NCBI GenBank assembly: GCA_043228905.1
Contig: JBHGNT010000009.1
Span: forward strand, 620,001-684,000
Length of the DNA stretch: 64,000 nt
DNA from: Azolla caroliniana
Taxonomy: Eukaryota > Plantae > Polypodiophyta
Direction: 5' to 3'
Below the pieces are notes generated by a model. It had not been told where the DNA came from. It made no database searches and saw only the letters and a program-made list of their open reading frames with translations. Within the stretch, counting starts at the first letter, position 1. Every line of letters begins with the position of its first letter. The position numbers and the translations under genes were made by a program. Shown piece by piece: positions 27,850 through 40,443 of this stretch.

Positions 27850-28030
27850 AGGTGGCAGACTCTGCGTGTTGCCTCTGTGTGTGTGTGTGTGTGTGCCACG
27901 TCAGACGGGGAGCCCTGCCACCTGGCAGCGCCAGATTCGGGCAGGCCGCGTATCCGGGCAAGGCCCCTGCCACGGCGGCGCTCCTCACACGTGTCATTCC
28001 TCTCGCGCCGTATCAGCTGTACCTCCCACT
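27850..28030. promoter_or_regulatory. GC/CpG-rich island upstream of ARF with G-box/ABRE-like motifs
   Basis: Locally GC- and CpG-rich within AT-rich flanks; GCCACGTCA at about 27895 and CACACGTGTC at about 27986; surrounded by GA/CT microsatellites. Confidence 0.4.
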
Positions 28031-28242
28031 CTCTATACATACATATATATATGTATATACATATACGGTATAAATTTTTTTATACCGTATAATATACAAT
28101 TTTTTATGTATTTATACGCCTAGAAGGCCACAAAAAAAGCCCCTGCGCCGGCCGGTCTCCCTTCACCACCAAAACAAAACCAAGAATAAAAACACCAATA
28201 AAATCATCACAAAAGAACCGGCAATCTATCCAATGTCCCCCC

Positions 28243-28280
<38 letters not shown>

Positions 28281-28686
28281 TCTTTAGCTTAAGTTCTATT
28301 TTATTTTTTATTTTTACTTTCGATGAATGGGTAAATACCTCAATTTTTTGTTGTTTGCCTCATGGGCCAATTTTGGTCTTAGAAGACATTTCTCTCTCTC
28401 TCTCTCTCTCTCTCTACCACCACATGGGATCCTCATTCATTCATATACTACCACTACTGCTACTACCAACACACACACCCCCCTAATTCAAACATACATA
28501 CATACACACTTACATAGACGTATATATACATACATGTTTGTTGTGCTTGTGTGCTTTTTGCCACCTCACAATATATCGCTCAAAAAAGAGTCACACAAAA
28601 TACACTTCCTTCTTTCCTTTTGCCCCCCTTCTCTCTCTCTCTCTCTCTCTCTCTTGCAACATCGACCTCGAGGACGATAACAAAAT

Positions 28687-28739
<53 letters not shown>

Positions 28740-31479
28740 CATTGTCCGTAGCCTCGTACTTGATCTCCAAAGATGATAATAACATTTCCTTACAGTTTTC
28801 TCAAGAAACTACCAATGTTTTTAGGACAACAATTTAGATAGCACTTTCGACTCTTAAATATAGGAGCATTTATTGCAGCTGTCTAGAATTGTTTTGCTTT
28901 GAATCGACCTTGAAAATGGACATAACTATAGCTTGTTACCGGATCATGTTAAGCAATACCAACTAGACCCGGAGACCAATAGGTTTATGTAAATAATACT
29001 AGAAAACTAAGTTAGGAGTATGTATTTGTGGCATTGATACATAACTAATGCATGGAAAGAAGGAGAAATATATTTGGTATTAGAGAGTCCATTCATTGGT
29101 CTATTCATAAATTAGCGTACTAATTCATCGAAAAGCTTTTGTATTTCTAGAATGTAACATGAGTTTCTACAAGAATTCCATATGTTGTATGTATGTTGTT
29201 CATTCATGTCATTCTTATTATTATTCGCCTTTTCCCAAGCATTTCATAAAATAGATTTTTGCAAACATTATACAAGAAATAAATACATAGGCATGAGGTA
29301 GTCCAACTTCTTAGCTAAGTCTAAACATTATAAAGGCCATTTAGATGTTGTCCATTACAAACTTAGTTCTACCTTTATGGGGTATGTATGACCTTTAAAA
29401 TGTTGCTCAAATTCAAGATTATGTTTGCATGACCATCTATCTCATGTCTAGTTTGCTTGAGCGCAATGGGTAGTTATGGAGGTTTGAATTCATTGTTTTT
29501 ACTTCTTGAATAACTTCTCTCTGGTCAAGGTTACCATATGCATTCGATGAAGTTTTTTGACTATTCCATTCGTGAAAAAATGTATGAGAAATTATGTTTG
29601 TTATCGTTAAAATTGAAGCCATATAAAATAGAGTTACCAAATTATTTAATTGGTTGTTGATACATAATAGTGTCTTACAGAGTGATTTACACAAAACTAT
29701 ATATTATGGGTTTATTTACATCAATAAGCCTACCAACACAATATGACAAATACTAAATAGTGGGATCAAGGTTTGACCCAAATTAAGCAGACTCAACAAC
29801 TTGATAATATTATGTTGGCTTCAAATTTTAAGGTGCCACGAACCGCTTTCCGATATGCAACAAAGACAACACAATTAATGAATAATCCCACATTAATAAT
29901 GAGCCAAACTTGGCAATATAGAGGTTCCATTTCACAAACCATTCATTTACCTATAATGAGATTATTTAGGCATTGCGCGCAAAATAGTGATCCTTCAAGA
30001 AGGTTTACAAATTGGGATCATAAAAATAGAGTTGTCAAAATATTGATTGATTTGACACATCAAAATGGTGATCCACCAATATATTTAATTAGTGAGGACC
30101 AATACTACCATTCATGGACGCTATATCGATTAATCGGTCTTGTTGAACAACAAATATTTGTCTTTAGTAGAAAATGATAATTGGATGCATGAAAATATAT
30201 GTTGAATGTAGAACTTGATGCCATTGGATGAATGATCTTGAAGGAATAATTGTTGGTGAGGTGCGAAGCCATGGGTGTTGGTGCATACTCTTATCAAGAG
30301 GAGTGATTGGATCAAGGATTGTTCACATGCCAATAAAGGGCCATAGCTTCCAAGGTAAAGCTTGCAAATTGGCAAAGTGTAGGAATCTCCTTGCCATCAC
30401 ATCATCACGAACGACTGAACTAACCTATAGAAGGAGATCCAAGTGTTAAAGGAGAGTTGAATACATTATGACCTTTTGTACCTTTTATAGTTGAGTGTTA
30501 AACAGTCAAACCTTTAAGTGTTAGGGCATGCTCAATGTGAAGGCAATTGTAACCCTGATTATAGTAAAATGTGTCATTGTGTGAGGCTATTATGTTGAGC
30601 AAATACTAGCTCAACCAAGGAGATGGAACAAACTAGGTCAACCAAGGAGAATGTGGTTACACACAATATTTGTGTGATTGACCTTGTTATTTGAACATGC
30701 CCCTTCAAGCTCAAGGGCGTTACATCATCAACTGGATGATAAGCTTGGTTTTCTTTTACTCGACCTTGAGCTTAGCAAATTAGGTGTGCACATGCTAGTG
30801 ACCATTGACAACTATCTAATCTTGCCTGTGTTGAGACATCTCTCATTTGGGGATCAATGTAGATATGATATAGTCCGAGATAATGCCATTGGGATCCATA
30901 ATTTCTTCATGCATGGTCTCTACACATTGAGGATTTCAAACCACTCTTGCAAATATTTCCAAGTCGTGGATGGTTAATACGTTCACATGAAGCAAAATGG
31001 TGCACCATATAATTGGCATAGCTAATTTGGATTCAAAAAATCTTCCCATGAGTTGAGCAATATATTTTCTAACAATCCTTCCCTAAAGCCCTCTTTACTC
31101 TATGTATCGACATGATCGACACACCTAATTCTTCATCTTGTGATGGATTAAGCTAGCTGAGTTGTTGGAGTGGCCTCTCCATTTGTGTTATGATTGTTTT
31201 TCCCATGCTCAAGCTTTGACTTCAACTTTCCTTTGTCAGATCTACTAGGGTTACCTAAAACACAACAATTGAGAATGTCATGCCGCATTGGTCATGAGAA
31301 CCCTCAATCATCATGTTGTTGTGAAGAATATCTTCTTCCACTATGGAACCTACGTGCTTGGAAGTTTGGAATGACTTCCTTTACATACACAAAGTATTTT
31401 TTCTTTAGATTGTTGGAAGAGGGATTAAGTGAAATCCCATCAACCAGCTCCCCTCTCTCAATCAATAAGCAAAAGAGAT

Positions 31480-31960
31480 AGTTTAAAAAAAATAATTTAT
31501 TAAATAATAACTACACCTTAGTTTCCATTACCAATCCAATAAGCATAAACAAAGCATACAATCTAGTGGAGGTAAAGATAACTGAGAAAAAAGGTTATGT
31601 CCCCCACTATGTCATAAGGTAAAACAAACTCCACATATGGAGGGAGGAAATAACTATCGAGGGGGTAGATATTGCCAAACCATTTTGTCATCTCTCTCCA
31701 CAAAGACAAACAAATCCTTCCACTTGCCTTTAAAGGATTGTTGTTTAAGAAGAATCGTATCTTCATTACGGTAACTAGTGAAGGAGTCATATTGACCTTT
31801 TTAAATTGAAATAAGCACCGACCAACTTTTCTTCACTCAATGAATAGGATTTGCTTTATTTGCTGAAACACATTTTTGCATCTAGCTATCCATATATTCC
31901 ACAAAATCACCGAACAAGATTTGCTTTATTTGTTGAAACACATTTTTGCATCTAGCCCAT
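31480..31960 (-). mobile_element. Decayed LINE 3' fragment
   Basis: Minus strand gives a VILWNIWIARCKNVFQQ-type LINE C-terminal motif at about 31860-31915; A/T-rich terminus near 31490. Confidence 0.5.
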
Positions 31961-32559
31961 ACAGTGGCATCTACATTCATCTGATTTGAGCATGAATATG
32001 GTACGTCCTTAACTTACCTTCCTCTAGTTTGAAGGGTAAATAATATTTTTTTCCCTTTCATAATTACGCTTATCCACATTTACATCCATCCAAAAGACAT
32101 TTCCCCATGTAATCACATTAGGTCCATACGCAACATGGATAGTTTGAGACTCTATACCCTAGACTAAAAGCGTGCAGACTAGTGTGAACAAAGACACAAG
32201 ATGACCGAGAAAAAACTCATGAATACTTTCATCCATGGGTGGTACAACCCTAGTTTGCAAAACTTCCTCATACAAGTTGGTGTCAAACTTTTAATTATGC
32301 ATGCATTGTAGTCGTGACGTTCAAATACTCAATTACAAGCATACAAATGGTCGTATAGGCATCGACAATCCAAGGGGAAAAATTTCGTGTCCTTCCATAT
32401 TTACACATCAAACTATGGAAGTGGAGGAAAACTTTGGTTATGTCGATCGTGAGAATATACATTGCCCTATGTGTCAGTACCACCATATCGGGCACTAGAG
32501 TCCTTTGTTATGCTAGTACATAATACACTTTTTCAACTGACGTAAGGCATTCGTATTAC

Positions 32560-33220
32560 GTAGCCCCTAGAACTAATAGAAGGCACCTAATGGGGGATTG
32601 CATAGAAACAATATGTAAAATATCCTAATTCATGTCTCATCTCCCAAAGCACCGTTAGCAATCCCACCTTAGCAATTGTCTTATGTACAAAAAATTGTAA
32701 ATAACGAAGTATTAATAAGTACAAGACAAGACATCTTTTATTAGTACTTACGGGCCCTCGAAAAGAGGGGAAGAATAATAGGACGTGATGGGAGGAATTA
32801 AAGGGAATAATGGGAAATCTCTAATAGAAACGATTTTCATAGTTACTGATGTAACCAACACTCGAGCTATAAAAGGAGGGGAGGAAAACTGGTTTCGGGG
32901 GATCCTATTTGGGGGAGGTCGAAGTGTTGTCAGATTGAGGACAACCAAGTTAGGTTCGGATAGGTCATGTTCTATTCTTTGGGTTAGGTTCGATTGAGGC
33001 CTCTACTTGAGTAGCTAGCATGTGTGCTCCCGACCAGAGGCTCACCACCATGTATTCTTTCTTTGCTTTAATCAATTCATTGTCTGAATCTGTATTTGTG
33101 TGCATGTTGTGTACTGAGAGATCCTTGTCTGGGTCGTCTCCTTCCTCGTTTCATCTTGTGCTTGCCAGCATGCGTCTACAAGCCCGTGTGCTCATCACCC
33201 CGAAGCCGGATCCACGGCCA
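32560..33220 (+). mobile_element. LTR-like fragment (host of Copia B), probably continuing at about 37126-37190
   Basis: TATA-like CTATAAAAGG at about 32867 and U5-like composition; ends not confidently defined. Confidence 0.35.
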
Positions 33221-36200
33221 TGTCAAATACTAGTCTATAATGGCCGTATTCACATTGTATCTTCGACCAACTAGATTTAGGACAATTCTGTAAATATGTC
33301 AAAGGGAAATTGCCCTAACTCATTTAGTATATAATGGGCTTTGTAATCTATTTGTTAAGGTTGTTGCCATTGTTGAGAGAGCTTGAATAATACAGATATT
33401 GTGTGCCCTCTCGTCTCTCTCTCATTCTGTTTTTTGATATTGCCTTCATATTGTACACTCGGTGATCTTCATCACAAAGTGTTGTTGATGTTTCCGCATT
33501 GACGGCCTCAGATGCCAACATCCGGTATCAGAGCGAAGGTTCTTCAACTTGTTGCGGGCCGTCATCAGTTCTTCAACAACACTGTTGCTTCGTCTTCTTT
33601 GAAGAACCCGAGTTCAAGATCTCATCTAGAGAAAAGAAAGAAACCAAGAGGTTTGCACTCCACCGAGCTAGATCACTCTTGATGTAAGTTAGTCATTTGT
33701 ATCCCGCTTCCGTGATTGCAGCCGCTCGGAGCTGAATCTCCATCAAATCTACCTTCGAGATCGTGCTTTACCAGGTTAGACACAATCTACTTGCTTGTCG
33801 TAATCACTCAAAGTAGATATTGTTCCAAGAACAACCCCTATCCATGTCTCACTCGGCTAGACAACACTCGGGAAGACTAGTTGGATCTGTCCCTCCTATT
33901 GTGGTAGTCACTTGAAGCAGTATTGGCCTGGAAAAACGGCACATAATATGTGACTAGCATCCTAAAATCGATTTTCGAAATTAAATCAGCAAATTCGGGT
34001 TCAATTCGACCAAGTCAACTGACTGTAGTCACTTCGGACAAAACTCGCCAATAGTCGAAGTCGATTCAACTTGTATCCAAATCCAACTGAGAACGATATC
34101 GGGTGAGCCAATCGGCCGCACTCCACCACTATTCATAGTCGATTCTGAACAAAGTCCAGTAAACCGACACATATGGCATCAACATCCAGCTCGTCAAAGA
34201 TGAGTCTAAGGAAGTTCGACGGATCGAACTTTAACTTCTAGAAGGAGTAGATGTAGGACTGTCTAATAGTTAAGGGACAAATTGACCCAATTGAGAACAA
34301 AAATCCTCCAGAAGAATACAAGCCAATTGAGTGGCAGAAGCTGGACAGAATCATCAGTGCCACAATTTGGATGCACCTGTCAGAGTCTGTGTAATTCACA
34401 GTGCAATCGTGTTCGATGGCCTTCCAATTATGGAAGACATTTTTAGACACTTATGAAAAGAAGGTCACTGCCACAAAGATATATATGATTCGGCATCTTT
34501 ACAACCTTCAGATGAAAGAATTCGATTCAGTCTAGGCACATCTAAATGAGTACGAAAGTTTAAGTTCCCAAATTGTGGCCCAGGGGACGACGATTGAAGA
34601 TGAATCGAGAGCAATGTTACTCATGAGCAGTCTCCCCCCTTCGTGGGAAACTTTCGTAACTATCGTGTGCAACGCGTCGACTGTCGTCGTCAAATACTCC
34701 TCAGTCACGAGTGCAACTCAGACTAACTGAAGCAGCTCAGAGGAAATCATTTGCAAACGACTCGGCCAATGACGCTTATGTAGTACAAGGTTCGACCGAC
34801 TGATCGACCAGTCGAGGAAGAAGTTCTTCTCAATAGCCGAACAACCAGCAAAGTTAGAGCAAATCCTGGGACAATCAAGTATGCAATTATTACACGAACC
34901 CCGGACACATCAAAGGCGATTGTTGCGCACTCTAAGCCAAAGAAGACAAAGCTCATCGAACAGATCAGAAGAGTGGCCAACATGAGGAGGTCAATTACAT
35001 CGTCTCTTCCGCCGAAGTATTGTCGAGCAATCCAAACATACTATGGATTGAGAACCCAGTTGAATAAGAAGTTTTTATTACGATTGTGGAATCGAGCACA
35101 TGGATCTTGGATTCGGGCGCTTCATATCATGTGATCCCTCATCGATCCCAATTTTGGCAATACTTAGCCCGACATTCCGACGCAGTTCGAGTCGAAAATT
35201 CGCAACACTACGCCATAATCGGAATCGGCACAATAGAGCTCAACCTTCTAGGTGGTTGTACACTAGTACTACACAATGTCCGACATGTACTTGAGCTCTC
35301 AAGACCATTGATCTCAGTTGGACAAGTTGATGAAGAGGGCATTCGTGCTGGCTTCTCATCAAGCGGGTGGACACTCCACAGGGGGGACCTCATGCTTGCT
35401 TGAGGACCGAAAGTACAGTCGTTGTACCCGTTATACGTCACACTCAAAGAGGGTGACTTGTTCCTGGTTGATATCCCTGTCTCATGTCTATGGCATGGAC
35501 GACTAGGACACCTCAGCAAGGCCGACATAATGCATCTATCTAGCGCCGGATACATCCCTAAACTCTCCTTCTCCGATCATCAATTTGACGAGCATTGCTA
35601 GTATGGCAAACAAATAGCCGCATCACACTCAACATCAGCGCCGAGAGAATCAAGTTCACTTGATTTGGTCCACTCGGACGTCTGTAGTCCTATGCCACAT
35701 CAGTCTCTCGAAGGTGCCTTGTATTTCGCCAACTTTATTGACGACTTGACTCGGAAGGTGCGGGCTTATCCAATCAAAACTAAAGATTGAGTGTCCTTGA
35801 TTTTCTTCGATTGGCTCACTATGGTAGAAAACTAGAACGATCGAAACCTGAAATGCCTTCGAATCGATAATGGAGGAGAGTTCAAATCTGAAGAATTCGT
35901 CAAATTTTGCTAACAGCATGGCATTCGACGTGAATATATGACACCCTATAGTCTAGAGTAGAATGGAATTGCTCAGTGAATGAATCGGACAGTTCAAGAA
36001 AGGATAATTTCCATGTTCCAACACTCCGGACTATTGGATGGCTTCTGGGCAGAGGCCCTACTTACAATAGTACACATAATCAACATGTCGTCGAGTAGGC
36101 CTCTAGGACTTCGAATACCTCAGGAATTATGGACCGACAGTAAGCCGAATTACGACAAATTGAGAATTTTCGGGTGTGAGGCATACGCCCTTATACCGAA

Positions 36201-37125
36201 AGATTACCGTCGCAAACTTGCACCACAATCCAAGAAATGCATCTTCCTTGGTTATGGACCAGATGAGGAAATCGGCTACTAACTCTAGGACCCCGAACAC
36301 AAGTAGATCATCCGAAGCTTGGATGTCGTATTCAATGAGTCGGCTATGCATAAGGCGGCCGAAAGGCCTATTGAAGTCCGAAGGGTAACTTTTTCTGAAG
36401 TGTTGACCCTTCACGAAGGCCCAATCCATAACACGAGATTGGCTTCACGGGTAGCCGAATCCTAAGGCCGTGACTCAACAACGCTTGACTCGGAACAACC
36501 GAATGGTTTGGTTCTCGATCATCCAACCACGATACCCGATGCGACCAGTCCAGTCATACCTCAAAGATCTGAGAGACTGTTGCAGCCTCCAAAGACATAT
36601 TCTCCTGGAATCTTTTTCACGGACATCAGCAATCCGACGTCATACGAAGAAGCATCGACGTCAGCCGATTTGGGCACATGGCATCTGACGATGGAGTAAA
36701 AAATGAACTCCATTCAAACAAACAATAATTGGAACTTGGTTGAATTACCGGAAAATCGACGTGCTCTTCCATGCAAGTGGGTCTACAGATTAAAAGAGGC
36801 GTCCGATTCAACTACCCCAAAATTCAAAGCCAAGTTAGTTGCGAAAGGGGTTCGACAGGAATATGGCGTCAATTTTGACGAAATCTTTTCACCAATGGTG
36901 AAAATGAAAACCCTTCGTTTTATGCTCGGTGTTGCGGCAACCGAGGATTTGGAGCTTATATAGTTAGATGTAAAGATGGCCTTCCTCCATGGCGACTTAG
37001 AGGAGGAAATTTATATGGAGCAACTGAAAGGCTTTGTGGCATCCAACCATGAACATCTAGTCTGCCGACTTAGGAACAGTCTATACGACCTAAAGCAGGC
37101 ATCGAGATAGTGGTATATGAAGTTC
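33221..37125 (+). mobile_element. Degenerate Ty1/Copia element B (older relative of family F), 3'-truncated
   Basis: LTR 33221-33520 (TGTCAAATAC...CCAACA, similar start to the F LTR); PBS CGGTATCAGAGC. Gag from 34173 (MASTSSSSKMSLRKFDGSNF), then PR, IN and RT, collinear with ORF 46341-50351 but with many stops and frameshifts; breaks off in RT. Confidence 0.9.
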
Positions 37126-37270
37126 ATGGCGAAGGTGGTTGAAGTGTGTGAGCTGGAGAGCAACGCTATCGTAGTGTGAATCACACACTACGTGAAATAT
37201 GTAAAATACTATATCCGATTTAAAGTACGTATAATAAATAAAATAAAATATTAAAAAAATATTTATTACA

Positions 37271-37340
37271 TGCATAGGGCAGGATTCGAACCTTGTACCT
37301 CCATGTAGACAAACCCCAACCTTACCACTATACTAGCATA
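37271..37340 (-). pseudogene. tRNA-derived (tRNA-Asp-like) SINE head or pseudo-tRNA
   Basis: Minus: TAGTATAGTGGTAAG (A box, as in plant tRNA-Asp) ...TGTCTAC... GGTTCGAATCC (B box); stems do not pair; AT-rich tail follows. Confidence 0.55.
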
Positions 37341-37769
37341 TTATGAATTTTAAAGTTAAATACTAAACTTTATGCCATGTAAATATTCTAGATATGCATG
37401 GTACAAAAAGTTATTCATGCATACACACTCGAGTTAAAAGAAAAGATGGGATAGAAAGCTAATCATGCACATGCAATGTGCATGAAAACTAAAGTTAGGA
37501 AAACCATGATGCTTGCATGTGATAAACTTAGACTCTTCCAACACTATATAAGGAAGAGAGAAAGATGTATAGGGGTTGTTGATTATTTTACAAGGGTTAA
37601 TTAATATAATATATTCGTGGGATTCGCGAATTTGCTAACTATTTTTTCTCTCTCTTAATCTGAGTACTCACTAATACACTATACTCATGGGATTCACAAG
37701 TTTTTCATATCTTTCTTTCTCACAACATATTTCATATTCTTAATTGCCTTAGAATTTTCTTTTCTCCTA

Positions 37770-38527
37770 GTCCAAAACCTCAGTGGTTCCCGCCTGACTC
37801 ACGCAATGATCCGGAGCCAAAAGGCATGACAACGTAGAGGCGGCGAAGGATGCCAAATGGCGGAAGGCCATGGAGGAAGAGATGCACGCACTAACACAAA
37901 ATGAGACATGGAACCTGGTTGATGCCCCCAAGGGTGTAAAGCCAATCGGATGCAGATGGGTGTACAAGGTTAAGTACAAGGCCGGTACAAGGCCTGATTG
38001 GTGGCCAAAGGTTACACACAACAACACGACATCGATTACGATGAGACGTTTGCGTCGATTGCAAAGATGATGGTTGTTCGTGTGTTACTAGCGGTAGTGG
38101 CGGCGAAGGGATGACATCTACACCAAATGGACGTCAAGAACAGGTTCCTACAAGGAGAACTTGAGGAATAGGTGTATATGGTGCAACCTCTCGGTTTTCA
38201 GTTCGGATTGAACATGTTAGTCGTTTGCCAACTGAAGAAGTTGTTGAACGAATTTAAACAAGCCTTGTGTGCCTGGAACGCGAAGATCACACAACGTTTG
38301 CGTCAAATGGGGTTTGCTTCATCGAAGTCCGACTCATCACTGTTCATTTGGCAGGGTCGGAATGGGTCGGTAAGCATTTTGCTTTATGTTGATGATTTAG
38401 TCATGGCCAACGCCGACCTTACTAATATCGGCCGCATGAAGTCCTGACTTACAACATCATTTGAGATGAAGGATCTAGGGGACCTTAATTACCTCCTAGG
38501 GATTGAAGTGATCCACACCCTGGAAGG
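37770..38527 (+). mobile_element. Degenerate Copia element C, RT 5' part
   Basis: KWRKAMEEEMHALTQNETWNLV, PIGCRWVYKVK, LLYVDDLV, MKDLGDLNYLLGIEV; interrupted at 38527. Confidence 0.88.
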
Positions 38528-39227
38528 TGTTAGGAATATGTTCCGCTTGTGGGAGGAGCCGACCGTTCGAGCCGACAGGCAACTGGTCGGGCTGAGAGCC
38601 AACAAGCGATGTCATGGAGAGTCGACAGTAGATGATCCAAGTCGAAGATAAGACTGACTAGTCGAGCCGACTTGACAGTCGACTAGTTGACCAGTCGGTT
38701 GATTAATTGTTACTATTATTACTATAATCATAGTATGAACCATAACATTGCATTCACATTCGTGAATGTTTCAATCATTTGAGTATGGTAAACACCCTAG
38801 AAGAATGGTAAATACCATACTTTTGGATTAACTATTTATTATGAGGTAAATAAACGGACCTAAGAAAAGGGAAAAAAAAATCTTTAAAAAGGGGGAAAAA
38901 AATATAAAAAAACATGAAACTGCTTGAATAACATTCGCATTCGTTTTCCAACGTAGGAAAATGAATGTTATGCTAGACGAACACGAATTTTACGTACTCT
39001 AATTATAATAATAGGAATAATATTAGAGGCTACATTTGTAAATAGCCCATATTTTGTATAAGTATAAATACACCTAGGGCAAACTTATATGTGTATGTGA
39101 ACAGTAGTGGAACAGTGGATGCCAAATAGAGTTTATGTAGTTGGGTGCAAAGAAGCGTGTAACAAAGAAGTGTGTGTAAGCAGCGCCATAACTGTGACAC
39201 CAAGAGCCCCGCGAGGCTGATACACTC
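38528..39227 (+). mobile_element. LTR fragment E (TGTTAGG start) inserted in Copia C
   Basis: Starts with TG exactly where RT homology stops; TATA module TATAAATA at about 39063; contains MITE copy 2. Confidence 0.5.
38729..39001 (+). mobile_element. hAT-like MITE, copy 2
   Basis: CATAGTATG...CGTACTCTA ends, with an 8-bp TSD actataat/attataat. Confidence 0.7.
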
Positions 39228-39675
39228 TGTTGGAAGAGTGTTGTGTTGGGATTTCGGTCCCTCCGGATGGGATGTCCGGAGATGAATGACGGCAAGCCCG
39301 GTTGCGGTTATTGAACCGGATGATGAAGAGTACCCGGCATGAAGCCGGATGAAGAGTACCCGGATACAGATCCGGATGATGAAGAGTACCCGGCATGAAG
39401 CCGGATGAAGAGTACCCGGATACGGATCCGGATGATGAAGACCCCGGCTACGGAGCCAGATGCTGAAGACCCCGGCTATGGAGCCGGATGACGAATGTAC
39501 CCGGAGAGAGATCCGGATGCGGGGACATATTTGTGAATATGTTTGCCAAGAGCCCTTGAGGCTATATTTGTAAATAGCCCGAAAGTCATATGTGTATAAA
39601 TATGACTTAGGGCAAACAGTTTGTTGTTGTTGCTCATTTTCTGGTTTTTTCACTCAGAGAGAGCTAAGTGAGCAG

Positions 39676-39714
<39 letters not shown>

Positions 39715-40323
39715 GAAGAGGTCGTTGATTACCGCCGCCTGTGGCGAAGACAGTGAGCTCAAGGTTGTTGCCTTGTAGCTTCACCATTGTACATCTCTGC
39801 TTATAGTGATAGTTGGAGTTGGAGGACTCCCGTGGTTTTTTCCCATTTAGGGTTTTCCACGTAAAACATCCTGTGTACTCTGCTCTCCATTGTCTTCGTG
39901 TATTTTGAATTTCCCGTTTTCTGTGAGTTGATCTTATTGCTCGGTTGTGGCCGAGCGCGGTTTTTCAACAATTTGGTATCAGAGCGACGGCAGTGCAGAA
40001 AATGGAAGGCGGCGGCAGCGGGCAGCCGGGGATGATGGTGTTGAATGCGCAGAACTACGCCGACTGGAAGATAAAGATGGAAGACCTTCTCATCGTCCGA
40101 GACCTGTACGAACCGATCGACAATGCCGAGATACCCAAGGGGGTAATAGAGTCGGAGTGGAAGCTCCTGAACCGGAAAGCCGTTGCAACCATTCGGCAAT
40201 ACGTCGACGTGAGCGTTCTACAACATGTGGCGAACGACACCAACGCATATGAGATGTGGCGGAAGCTGTCGGGCCTCTACGAGAGGAAGAATGCGTTGAA
40301 CCGGACCTCCCTGATGAGGAAGA

Positions 40324-40411
40324 TGTTGCAGACGAAGTCGTCTATGCGGAAGATCAAGAAGCATTCGATTTTGTTCTGTACCTGCGTATGAGAGCTTGTA
40401 GGTCGTTGCAC

Positions 40412-40443
<32 letters not shown>

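Noticed and set aside
27400-28840. Several 60-130 aa ORFs upstream of ARF
   Set aside because: Low-complexity translations of GA/CT/GT microsatellites and poly(A) tracts.
28900-31470. Short ORFs here and at 7400-8400, 10400-11700, 14500-15700 and 52300-54400
   Set aside because: No recognisable motifs or spliceable structure; probably heavily decayed repeats that I cannot classify.
37271-37340. Functional tRNA gene
   Set aside because: Acceptor and anticodon stems do not pair; only the A and B boxes remain.
39030-39653. 207-aa antisense ORF, possible extra (env-like) gene
   Set aside because: Lies across LTR tandem repeats that happen to lack stops; no recognisable domain.
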